A stretch of DNA of 29,674 nt from an uncultured bacterium (lineage in GTDB: Bacteria > Planctomycetota > Phycisphaerae > UBA1845): contig CBDTZI010000001.1 of assembly GCA_965364865.1 (NCBI GenBank), forward strand, positions 1 through 29,674, in the 5' to 3' direction. The notes under the pieces were generated by a model. The model saw nothing but the letters and a program-made list of their open reading frames with translations. It was not told where the DNA came from and did no database searches. Below, piece after piece: positions 17,215 to 25,994 of this stretch. Each line of letters begins with the position of its first letter. Positions within the stretch are counted from its first letter, which is position 1. A program made the position numbers and the translations under genes.

Positions 17215-18888
17215 CTACGCGGAGGGTCCGTGAGTTTTTTCGCTGTCGGCGAGTGTAACGTGGGAGGCCACGAGCTTGACATGAAAAGTAGTCCCTTCGC
17301 CGACCACACTCTCGACTACAATCTCACCGCCGAGTTCCGCGACAATTTTTTTCGCCGCAGCGAGTCCCAGTCCGGTGCCGCCCTGACCTTTGGAGGATTG
17401 GAAGGGATCGAAAATTTTATCGAGTTGGTCCTGCGAAATCCCCGGGCCGTTATCACCGATCGACATCATCACGATGCCGCCCGAGGCATCGTACTGGGTG
17501 GAAATAATGACTCGCCCACCCTCATCGGAAACCGCATCGATCGCATTGAGAACAATGTTGTGTGTAACCTGGTGTACGCCGTCGGGATCAATGGGAATCG
17601 CGGGGATTTCATCCAGCTCGGTTAAGATCATCACTCCGTGTTCGTCGGCCCGTTTTTGCGATAATGAAATTACATCTTCGATAATTTTGTTTAATTGAGC
17701 GGTTTCGATTCGAGGTTGCCGGTCTTTACTGAACGTGAGCATGTTTAAGGTTAGGAGGAAAATTCGATTGAGGTTGCGACTCATCAACTCCCAGCCAGAT
17801 TTCATCGAATCGAAATCTCTTTTTTTCATACCCAGCTCGACCACATCAGCGCCACCCTGCATTCCCTGTAAAATATTGCGGATGTAGTGAGATAAATAAG
17901 CGACGGTTTCACCCGCCGCAGCGAGACGTTCTGTGACGACGCGGGATTCCAACAGTTGTACATTTTCAACGGCCATGCCCGCTAATCTTCCTATCGCGAC
18001 TACAAGGCGAAGCTGTTCGGGGGTATAGGTGTGGTGCGACATGGAACAATCCAGATGAAAAATGGCCAGTATTTCTCCGCGCACCAGGATGGGAACACAA
18101 ATAATACTTTGCAGGCCGAGGCTGTGGATACTGTCCTGCTTGCTGTCGGCGGTAAAACGATTGTCCGTCATCGCATTTGCACACAGCAATCCTTCTTTGG
18201 TTTCCAACACATGATTGATGATTGTTTTTGAAGTTACGATTTTTTTACGTCGGCCTCTTTGTGGATTGCGAAAGCGTACGATTTGAGGCGTCAGCTCATC
18301 CAGTTCGTCATACCGACGCAACAGCAACATACGGTCGACCACCAGATGATCGAAAAGGGTGTCGGTGATTCGTTCCAACAGGGCGTCAACGCTCTCGATC
18401 GTGCCGAGGGTTTCGGCGACTTTGTAGACGACATTCCAGGCGGCGACGGCGTCCGCGGTTTCCGGTGCCTGGATGATTACGCTTTCTTCGGAGGCGTCAA
18501 TCGCAGTTAAAATCGAAGAACCGCCCGAGGGATTGGAGAGATCAAAATCAACATCAACCAAATCCTGCGCCATGGCGGCTGCGGTATAGGGTTGCACATG
18601 TTTTTCGGGATTAAAAACCAGTAGTGAACTTCCCACCTTGATCTGATCGCCCTGATTGAGCTTGGTTGGGCTTACGATGCGTTGTCCATTGAGAAAGGTT
18701 CCGTTCGAGCTGTTCAAATCGACCAAGAGCCAGGAACCATTGGAGGGTCGCACCTCGGCGTGCCTGCGCGACGCGCTGTTATCGGTCAGAGATATCTGTG
18801 CCGATACACGCCCAATGACGGAGGGTTCATTGGGGGTCTGGTATGTACGCCCTTTATCCGGGCCTTGTAATACAAATAAGGTGGGCAC
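17215..18888 (-). CDS. Cytoplasmic FHA-GAF sensor histidine kinase
   Basis: FHA (IGR...SRRHA...DLNSSNGTFLNG), GAF (SIICVPI...FHLD), H-box LSHYIRNILQG and HATPase NAIDA/DNGPGI/GTGLGL. No TM segment. GTG start with GGAG upstream. Confidence 0.92.
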   Translation of the reverse strand: MPTLFVLQGPDKGRTYQTPNEPSVIGRVSAQISLTDNSASRRHAEVRPSNGSWLLVDLNSSNGTFLNGQRIVSPTKLNQGDQIKVGSSLLVFNPEKHVQPYTAAAMAQDLVDVDFDLSNPSGGSSILTAIDASEESVIIQAPETADAVAAWNVVYKVAETLGTIESVDALLERITDTLFDHLVVDRMLLLRRYDELDELTPQIVRFRNPQRGRRKKIVTSKTIINHVLETKEGLLCANAMTDNRFTADSKQDSIHSLGLQSIICVPILVRGEILAIFHLDCSMSHHTYTPEQLRLVVAIGRLAGMAVENVQLLESRVVTERLAAAGETVAYLSHYIRNILQGMQGGADVVELGMKKRDFDSMKSGWELMSRNLNRIFLLTLNMLTFSKDRQPRIETAQLNKIIEDVISLSQKRADEHGVMILTELDEIPAIPIDPDGVHQVTHNIVLNAIDAVSDEGGRVIISTQYDASGGIVMMSIGDNGPGISQDQLDKIFDPFQSSKGQGGTGLGLAAAKKIVAELGGEIVVESVVGEGTTFHVKLVASHVTLADSEKTHGPSA

Positions 18889-19284
18889 CTTGCAGGCTCC
18901 ACGTCAAAAAAAAGTATCGTCAAATAAAAATGAATCACTCGGCGAAATTGATTTCCTCAGGGGGTTACGATGGCCCGAAAAAAAGACGATCGATTGACCC
19001 TTCTGAGAACGCCATTGATTTTAGTGATCGTAGATGAACATGTCAATCGAGGATTGAAGTGGTGATGTAGTGATATCGGACTGAGCGATCGCCTATAAGA
19101 GCTGCGGGATATCGTACACTACAAATGTAAGAGGGGTACGCAGTGAACCTGACGTTTAAGGGCAACACTTTATAGGCCGACAGATATGCAGCGGTCTTAA
19201 AGAAACATGTCAAGGGTGAAAACTGCGCTACCAAAATGACCTCGGCGAGCAACGCTGTGGGTATGCGCTTTTAGGATAATTGGT

Positions 19285-19797
19285 ATGGCTGAGCGAAGTA
19301 ATCCAACAGGATATCAAAAGCTTGTCGAGCAGACAACGCCGCCATTGCCGCCTCGGCGTACCGCAGAGGATGAACTGGATTCACTGATTAATGTTCTCAA
19401 ACGCAGAGAAGAGAACGGTTTGTCCGGGCATTCGATTCAGGATCCACTTCAATCGTTACGCGAAATGATGATCAATGAACTCGTACCCATCTTCGTGGAA
19501 ATTGTCGAGAAGTATTCCAAGTCGGGTATTTCCATGCAAATGGACGCTTCCAACTTTCTTGAAGGGGGGCGCGAAATCCGTTTTGAACTGGGAATTGGTG
19601 AATACCGATCTCACCTGCAGGGAACGATTACGGGTGAAGCGATCGCCTTTCATGAGACACGCTATTCACCGGACTTTCATGGAGAGTTGACCGCGGGTCC
19701 CATGATTCGACTTCGATATCTCAACGGAAAAACTTTCCGTGAATTTATTTGTGAACGTCTATCCACACTGATTCGCACCGCCACCCGTCGAAGATAA
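19285..19797 (+). CDS. Hypothetical soluble protein (170 aa)
   Basis: Longest ORF in the gap, with protein-like composition (helical N-terminus, beta-rich C-terminus). No family recognised. Confidence 0.7.
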   Translation: MAERSNPTGYQKLVEQTTPPLPPRRTAEDELDSLINVLKRREENGLSGHSIQDPLQSLREMMINELVPIFVEIVEKYSKSGISMQMDASNFLEGGREIRFELGIGEYRSHLQGTITGEAIAFHETRYSPDFHGELTAGPMIRLRYLNGKTFREFICERLSTLIRTATRRR

Positions 19798-19969
19798 TCC
19801 AACTTACAATTTGATTCGCAGCGTTTATGTTCAGCTGGTTCTCAACCCGTGTCCGTGAGTCGCGGCTGGGATTCTGAAATGCTCACCGGAATCCATCCTG
19901 ACGCTGCAACACACTGACGGACTCTCGTTGTATGGGGAGCTTTGATGTTCAAATGTCATTGTTGTTGGA
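19798..19969. ncRNA. Candidate structured RNA (long irregular hairpin), identity unknown
   Basis: Nested inverted repeats found by eye: 19798-803/19964-69, 19806-10/19958-62, 19843-46/19927-30, 19851-60/19913-22 (9 of 10 bp), 19862-66/19903-07 and 19869-74/19889-94. Confidence 0.3.
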
Positions 19970-19976
19970 ATACGAA

Positions 19977-21962
19977 CTAAGGAATGTAGCGTTTTCCCTG
20001 ATCGACATCTTTAAGCCGACCTTTTTGTATGTATTCCTGAACCTGCAGGCGAAATTGTTCCATGCCGGGAGGTTCCGAAAACGCGGCCTGGATGGACCAA
20101 CGGGGTTCTTGTGTTTCGCAGATGCGTTGTAAGAGTGGCTGCAAATCGTCAAAGGTCATCAGTTGCTGTCGAATGGGAAGGTGTTTCCACAGCCTGGCTT
20201 TGAACAGCGGCATGACGCGAGGCTCTTTCATGAAGGCATAAATTTCATCGCGTAAAATAATCTCCGGGGTTTCCATGTGACGACGCGTGTTGATATCGTT
20301 TTTGGTGTCGATCATCCAGATGTCATAACACTGCCGGGCTTTGATCATCGAAGTGACGGCTGCCTGTTTCTGGTTAAGAGAAAATTGTTTGAGCGAACGA
20401 CGCACAAAACTTCGGATAATCGCGCTGACCGCACGATAAGTCTGAAGCTGATTGATAATGTCAGCCATTACAAATTCGTCGAGCGTAATCAGATAAATAT
20501 CCTGCGTGCTGCCGTCGGGGTGTGGGTTTTTTTCGCGAAGCCAGGAATAGTATTGCGTGGCGAGCTGGACGTTTTGCTCACCCCCTTCCAGGTATAACAA
20601 TTCAATCCAGTTGTGCATGTTGGTGACCATGCCGTTGAGGAACTTCTTGCCCGGCGTGCCTTCGACGAATCGGGGATCCTCCCCAAATTGTTCCTTACCC
20701 AGTCGCAGATAGGTGTCATACAAATAAGGAATCAGTCGCGTGTCGGGAGTGAGTTCCAGATAAGACGAATAGGGATCATCGAAATCGGGATAAAACGTCA
20801 TCTGTCCTCTCATGATTAATTGTTGCAAAGAGAAAAAGACGAATCGGGCGGTGTTCATCTGGTCCGCTTCGTTGATGTTCGCGTACCCTTTGGCCTTTTC
20901 ATTTCCCATCGTTGACCAGTACAGAGAATGAGAGAAGGCATTCCGCCAGTCGAGCGGCCCGTATTGTTCCACCATCAACTTGTACATAAAATCAAGATCG
21001 AATCGGTGTTCTTCACGCAGAATTTTTGATCGAATGGTGGACAACAGTCGTTCCAACGTTTGCGCGACTTGTTCATCGGTAAAGATTTCCAATCTTCGTT
21101 GTAATAGAGAATCCGCTGTCGATTTTGTATTGGGATCGACCAGGTCTTCCATCTGAAGTTCAGGACGAATATGGCGGGCGACAAAATCCAACAGCGTTTC
21201 GTCTGTGTTCAGATCAACCTCGGCCAGGCGTTCCACCAGCATGGCCACTGGTCCTTCATCACGAATCAATTGATCCAGATCGCGCGGTGCGGCGACCATT
21301 TTGTGAAACCAATCGTAATACTCCTGATCGTTCAACACGATAGGGGGCGGTCCCAGGATGCGTTCCATCTCTACCGCCAGCACGCGTTTATAATTGAGGT
21401 GTTCGTCGTCCATGAACCCCCCGATCTTATTCCAATAAATCCAGGCGAGTTCTTTGTAGAGCGAAACGGATCGCGGATTGTATTGAATACCTTTATCTCG
21501 CAAAATTTTTATTCCGTTGGAGACCCATTTCCATCGCGCTTCGGGAGTATATTGTGACACCGAGATGTTGTAAGCCATGTTCCAAGCCGCGTAGGCCCAG
21601 ACTTTCGGAAAGCGGGGTGCGAGAGCACAGACGGTTTCGTGAAGCTGCAAGGCTTCGTAGGTTCTTCCTTCTTCCTTCAATCTTTCCGCGCGAATCGCCG
21701 CCCAGTCAATCGCCAGCGCACGAAACGTGCCCAGTTTTCCCATCAGGGCGATCCCCGGCGGTAATCCCTGAATCGTGTCCGGATCAATCACCAGTTGATG
21801 TTTTTTGCGTATATCGTTAATGGGTCGAATCAACAATCCCGCCAGGATAAAGGATAGAATCGTGATGGTGATCGCAATGATCTGGACGGTGGATTCTTTT
21901 CGCATGGCTTTTTGTCGGGCAGCCAGGTGTTCAGGTAGTTGATAGGAAATCGTTTCGGACAT
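19977..21962 (-). CDS. Membrane-anchored TPR-like helical protein associated with the ABC module
   Basis: One N-terminal TM segment, then LG.FRALAIDW..IRAERL.EEG...E......V..LAP.F..VW.Y.AWNMAYNIS...RW.WV..GI..L.D.G...NP....Y.ELAW helical repeats. Last gene of the operon. Confidence 0.7.
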   Translation of the reverse strand: MSETISYQLPEHLAARQKAMRKESTVQIIAITITILSFILAGLLIRPINDIRKKHQLVIDPDTIQGLPPGIALMGKLGTFRALAIDWAAIRAERLKEEGRTYEALQLHETVCALAPRFPKVWAYAAWNMAYNISVSQYTPEARWKWVSNGIKILRDKGIQYNPRSVSLYKELAWIYWNKIGGFMDDEHLNYKRVLAVEMERILGPPPIVLNDQEYYDWFHKMVAAPRDLDQLIRDEGPVAMLVERLAEVDLNTDETLLDFVARHIRPELQMEDLVDPNTKSTADSLLQRRLEIFTDEQVAQTLERLLSTIRSKILREEHRFDLDFMYKLMVEQYGPLDWRNAFSHSLYWSTMGNEKAKGYANINEADQMNTARFVFFSLQQLIMRGQMTFYPDFDDPYSSYLELTPDTRLIPYLYDTYLRLGKEQFGEDPRFVEGTPGKKFLNGMVTNMHNWIELLYLEGGEQNVQLATQYYSWLREKNPHPDGSTQDIYLITLDEFVMADIINQLQTYRAVSAIIRSFVRRSLKQFSLNQKQAAVTSMIKARQCYDIWMIDTKNDINTRRHMETPEIILRDEIYAFMKEPRVMPLFKARLWKHLPIRQQLMTFDDLQPLLQRICETQEPRWSIQAAFSEPPGMEQFRLQVQEYIQKGRLKDVDQGKRYIP

Positions 21963-21982
21963 GTTTTTTTTAATCGATCATC

Positions 21983-23389
21983 TTAGATCGAAACCTCCGC
22001 AACTTCTCGGCGATGAAAAAGCAGCATCGCCAATCCTAAAACGATGACTGTTTTGATCACCGCCAGATCAACGACACCTTGCAGCACCCACACCAGACTC
22101 ACGTTTCGACCGTTGACGAAAGATTCGACTGCGTCGTAACGGGCGAAGTCCGGAATAATCCAGTGTAACACTTGATAGAGCTGTGTAATGGAATGCATAA
22201 AAAATTCATTCGTAGAATCAAACATGCTGGAGTAATCACCGGATGAGAAATCGAGCGCTTCAGAAATAAACTGTCTGGTACCCGCGAGGATGTATATGGT
22301 GAACGAACCCAGGCAGGCGACCGGGAAAGAAAAAGCGGTAGCCATGAACAGGGCTACGGCGGCCAGGAAAATAAGCTTGCACCACATCAGGATCAACAAC
22401 CGAACAAAATTCCACTCAAACGAGCCGACGATGAATAACACTTCTACCCGGTCAGATTTTCTGAATTCAATGACATTGTTGTACTGCGGCTCGTCGGGGT
22501 GCGTGTTTTGATTGTAAAATCGAACCGTTAGTGTGTGGTCCGCAGCGACGGCATCAGACGGACACAGCACTGTATGAAACCGACCGACCATATGGCGCAT
22601 GGGTTCATCGTAGACCGGGGTGCCCTTGTAAGGATCACCGAAACGCCACAGTGAACGAAAAATTTCGTCCGGTGGATATTGGGTGACCTCTGCTTTGTAC
22701 CGGATTTGGATAAAATGACCCGGCGAGCGATCCACCAGCACATTTTCAAATTCAAACAGTCGCACATCCACCGGGCCGACGATGCGCCATCTCGCTTCGT
22801 ATTTGCTGGCTAGCCTTCTTTTTTCCTCCGCAGGTCGAAAGTCGAGGACATCATCGTATAATCCTTCTTCGACGTTGCGATCGAATTCTATTTCCGCATC
22901 ACGCATGAAGTTTGGAATTTTTACCGGCAGTGCATGGCGAGCGACTAAAATTTCATTGTTGAGTTGAAACTCGTCGTACCGCTCATCAATGGGCGGGTGA
23001 GTGTAGCGGATATAGTGAACCATGCTGTACATCGTAATGCCTGCGACCGTCACCAACGCCGCATTTAACAGTACAATCCCAAGCCACTTTCCGAGAATAA
23101 ACTGCCAACGTGAAATGGGTTTGGTGACCACCAGATAAATTTGTCGGTTGACCAGTTCGTCGCTGAGTGAACGGGACAGGAAAATGGTGAGCATCCCCAG
23201 TAACACGCCGGTAGCGGTTAATCCATACATTAAAAAACTCTGAACCGTCCCGGTCAGTGAGCTGTCACCGGATGTAGAGAAGGGCAGAGCCAATACCACG
23301 AAGCTGATCATCAGAATAAAAACCAGAGCGATTTTCATCCGAATCCCTTCGGCGATCATTTGTCGTGCCACAGCCCATGTTTTACTCAT
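21983..23389 (-). CDS. ABC-2-type transporter permease with large extracytoplasmic domain
   Basis: TM bundle, EL.NRQIYLVVTKPISRWQFILGK motif, a ~200-aa soluble loop, and C-terminal LFHRREV. ATGA overlap with the ATPase stop. Confidence 0.85.
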   Translation of the reverse strand: MSKTWAVARQMIAEGIRMKIALVFILMISFVVLALPFSTSGDSSLTGTVQSFLMYGLTATGVLLGMLTIFLSRSLSDELVNRQIYLVVTKPISRWQFILGKWLGIVLLNAALVTVAGITMYSMVHYIRYTHPPIDERYDEFQLNNEILVARHALPVKIPNFMRDAEIEFDRNVEEGLYDDVLDFRPAEEKRRLASKYEARWRIVGPVDVRLFEFENVLVDRSPGHFIQIRYKAEVTQYPPDEIFRSLWRFGDPYKGTPVYDEPMRHMVGRFHTVLCPSDAVAADHTLTVRFYNQNTHPDEPQYNNVIEFRKSDRVEVLFIVGSFEWNFVRLLILMWCKLIFLAAVALFMATAFSFPVACLGSFTIYILAGTRQFISEALDFSSGDYSSMFDSTNEFFMHSITQLYQVLHWIIPDFARYDAVESFVNGRNVSLVWVLQGVVDLAVIKTVIVLGLAMLLFHRREVAEVSI

Positions 23390-24645
23390 GACGTTGAATC
23401 ACTCTGCGAGGAATCCGGGTCAAGCTGGCTGTCGAGCAATCCATCGATTACACTTTGATCCGCCAACGGTGCCTGGCGAGGCGTGTCCTCATGGCTGGCG
23501 GGTGTATCCGTCGCAGTCTCCTGTGTGGCCGGGATTTCCTGGGGGGTATCCTTTTTATTCGTAGACAGCAAATCGTCAAGCACTTGGTGGTCAGGCTCGG
23601 GTTTTTGAATCGCGGCGGTCGATTTCAGCAAAGTGGGTTCGATGGTTTCTGCGCGGGGTTCGGTGCGTATTTCTGACGCGGACACCAACGATTCGACTAT
23701 CGTTTGTGATTCTGTGACCGCTGGGGCCTGCAGAAAATCGGGCATTTTTCCGCCCTGACGTGCCCCTGACGTTTGAATGTTCGCCGCTTGTGCCTCTTCC
23801 ACGATTCGCAGGAAAAAATCTTCCAGCTTGACGCGTGGATTGGAAACTTCCATGATATCTTTTTTTTCCAGACGTTGAATCACGTCACGAACCTGGCGGA
23901 TCGTGCCTTCGTTCAATTGAGGAACCGTAATCTGTGTTACGTTCCGTTCGCGGAGCAGTTCATCGATATCGCCCACCGCACGCTGCTGACCTCCGTATAG
24001 GATTGTGACCCGGTCGCATACGTCCTCGACGTCCGCCAGCATGTGACTGGAGAGGAGTATGGTTTTTCCTTTTTTTCCCAGGTTTTGAATCACGTCTTTG
24101 ATTTGACGCGCTCCGATGGGATCGAGGCCTGAAGTGGGCTCGTCGAGAATTAAAAATTCCGGGTCGTTGATCAACGCCTGAGCGAGTCCGAGTCTTCTAG
24201 CCATCCCCTTGCTATATTCACCAACGGGTCGTTTCGCCTCGTGGCGTAAACCCACCATATCCAGGAGCCGATCGATTCTATCTTTTCTGATCTTGGTGGG
24301 AATGCGAAATAATTTGCCGTAATAATCCAGTGTTTCATGGGCGACCAGGAATCGATAGAGGTACGACTCCTCAGGCAGGAAACCGATTCGTGATTTCACG
24401 AGCACGTCGGAAGGGGGTTGGCCAAATACGGAAATTCGACCACGGGTCGGGTAGAGCAATCCCAACAGCATTTTAATCGTGGTGGTTTTTCCTGATCCGT
24501 TCGGTCCGAGTAATCCAAACACTTCGCCCGCATGAATTTGCAGACTCAAATCCTTGACCGCTTCGACGCGCGGTCTGCGCCAGAAATCCTTAAACGTTTT
24601 ACAAAGACCGGCGGTCTGAACTACCGGGTGATTTTGATCCACCAT
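23386..24645 (-). CDS. ABC transporter ATP-binding protein with long C-terminal tail
   Basis: Walker A GPNGSGKTT, signature YSKGM, Walker B LILDEPTSGLD and H-loop SSHML. About 110 extra low-complexity C-terminal residues. Confidence 0.95.
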   Translation of the reverse strand: MVDQNHPVVQTAGLCKTFKDFWRRPRVEAVKDLSLQIHAGEVFGLLGPNGSGKTTTIKMLLGLLYPTRGRISVFGQPPSDVLVKSRIGFLPEESYLYRFLVAHETLDYYGKLFRIPTKIRKDRIDRLLDMVGLRHEAKRPVGEYSKGMARRLGLAQALINDPEFLILDEPTSGLDPIGARQIKDVIQNLGKKGKTILLSSHMLADVEDVCDRVTILYGGQQRAVGDIDELLRERNVTQITVPQLNEGTIRQVRDVIQRLEKKDIMEVSNPRVKLEDFFLRIVEEAQAANIQTSGARQGGKMPDFLQAPAVTESQTIVESLVSASEIRTEPRAETIEPTLLKSTAAIQKPEPDHQVLDDLLSTNKKDTPQEIPATQETATDTPASHEDTPRQAPLADQSVIDGLLDSQLDPDSSQSDSTS

Positions 24646-24702
24646 GATTTACGCCTAGAAGAAAAAAACTAAAAAATATCGAGCACGCCACCCATCGACC
24701 GT

Positions 24703-25992
24703 TTAATCGTATTCCCACCCCACGGGTACATAGCGTTCTTTCCGGAGCTTGGAGGGGTCGAATTTCTGTTCCTGCAATCGTCTTGCTTCCTCTACGCGGG
24801 TCGCTTCAGGATCTAGCGGGATGTTCAAACGAAAGGTGGCTAGCGATGGCCTGTACATTTTTGTGACGCCGCCATAGGAGAAGATATTTCGTTTGGTGTC
24901 CTCCCACAATCTGGCGATGAGCAGATGTGGATTCCGCTGGTACTCCGGCAACAACGTACGATACATTTCGACATCGCTTTGCATCAAGCCTACGATTTGT
25001 GACAAGTATGCACCAACATCCTTAATTGCCCGACCCGCCTCGCCTTCCACTCGATGGGTTAAGATTTGATCCACTTCCTGTTGAAGTTCATCGGTGGGTT
25101 CGTGATTGGCTTTGGCTAACTCGAGTTCATCCAACACCCTGAGCAGATCAACATAAGCGGCTCCCGCCGCTTCGTTGAGAATTTTTGTACGTTGTTGTTC
25201 TGCCTCACGGATTTTCTTTTGTTTTCGGTTTTCTGATTGTTGTGTGCTGTCGAACGCCACCCGTACCGTAATCGGCGGCGTGGGTTCGTGCATTTCGATT
25301 CGAGAAAGTGTAATTCCCGTTTTTAACGACGTGAGTTTTTCATTCACACGACGTTTCATTTCCTGTTGGACATAATCCACGCGTGTGCGAATCAACTCTT
25401 CCGCCGTCAGTTCGCTGGCGATCTTAATGCCTGCGTTTTCCACCAGTTTGAGAATCAGATTCTCAGCGGCCTCCACCTCTTTACCGATCACTTGTGAAAC
25501 GTATTGACTAACATCATCGATTTTGTAGATCGCTTTCCAGCGTATATGCACCAGTCCCGCATCCGAGGTCATCAACGCACCATCCAAAACAGGGTGTAAC
25601 CCTGTGGTGGGGCCGCGTGCGATAAAACTCAGTGGCTTGCCGATTTCGTTTCTACGACGCTTAAATGAGTGGCTGTCAATGGCCAGTTCGTTACTTTTGC
25701 GTGTGGGCAACGGAACGATTTCGTCGATCGGAAAAGGAAACGCCCAGACTAACCCCGCTTCGTGAGGGGGTTCGGGTTTGAGTTGACCCATGCGCAAGAC
25801 CAGCGCCTGTTCGTGGCTTTCAATTCTTCTGACATTGGAAAACAGATAGAGGATCACCAGGATACACATGATCCCTTTGAGGATGCGAAAACTGGCACGC
25901 AGTGCATCCGCCAGCGATTGATTAGCGGCGTCGAGCGGTGCTTCCGCCGTTTCCAAATTTCGATGAGTGTGTTGATCTTGATTTTCTGCCAT
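24703..25992 (-). CDS. SPFH (band 7) protein, HflK-like
   Basis: Single TM, EQALVLRMG...GLVWAFPFPID, LMTSDAGLVH, PP..V..AFD and an Ala/Glu coiled coil ending LLPEY..NP...ARLW.DT as in HflK. Confidence 0.85.
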   Translation of the reverse strand: MAENQDQHTHRNLETAEAPLDAANQSLADALRASFRILKGIMCILVILYLFSNVRRIESHEQALVLRMGQLKPEPPHEAGLVWAFPFPIDEIVPLPTRKSNELAIDSHSFKRRRNEIGKPLSFIARGPTTGLHPVLDGALMTSDAGLVHIRWKAIYKIDDVSQYVSQVIGKEVEAAENLILKLVENAGIKIASELTAEELIRTRVDYVQQEMKRRVNEKLTSLKTGITLSRIEMHEPTPPITVRVAFDSTQQSENRKQKKIREAEQQRTKILNEAAGAAYVDLLRVLDELELAKANHEPTDELQQEVDQILTHRVEGEAGRAIKDVGAYLSQIVGLMQSDVEMYRTLLPEYQRNPHLLIARLWEDTKRNIFSYGGVTKMYRPSLATFRLNIPLDPEATRVEEARRLQEQKFDPSKLRKERYVPVGWEYD

Positions 25993-25994
25993 CG

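Noticed and set aside
17173-17625. 150-aa + strand ORF
   Set aside because: Lies antisense over the HATPase domain of the kinase. Such shadow ORFs are common on conserved kinase genes.
18970-19065. 31-codon small ORF MARKKDDRLTLLRTPLILVIVDEHVNRGLKW after a G-rich stretch
   Set aside because: Short, no recognisable homology, and expected by chance in a 396-nt gap. Ribosome profiling would be needed.
19860-19910. SRP (4.5S) RNA identity for the long hairpin
   Set aside because: The minus strand has GTCAGG and CAGCC, but the GNRA tetraloop and the opposing AGCA of SRP domain IV are absent.
24646-24702. Attenuator between the SPFH genes and the ABC ATPase
   Set aside because: U-rich on the - strand, but the preceding stem is only about 4-5 bp, too weak to call.
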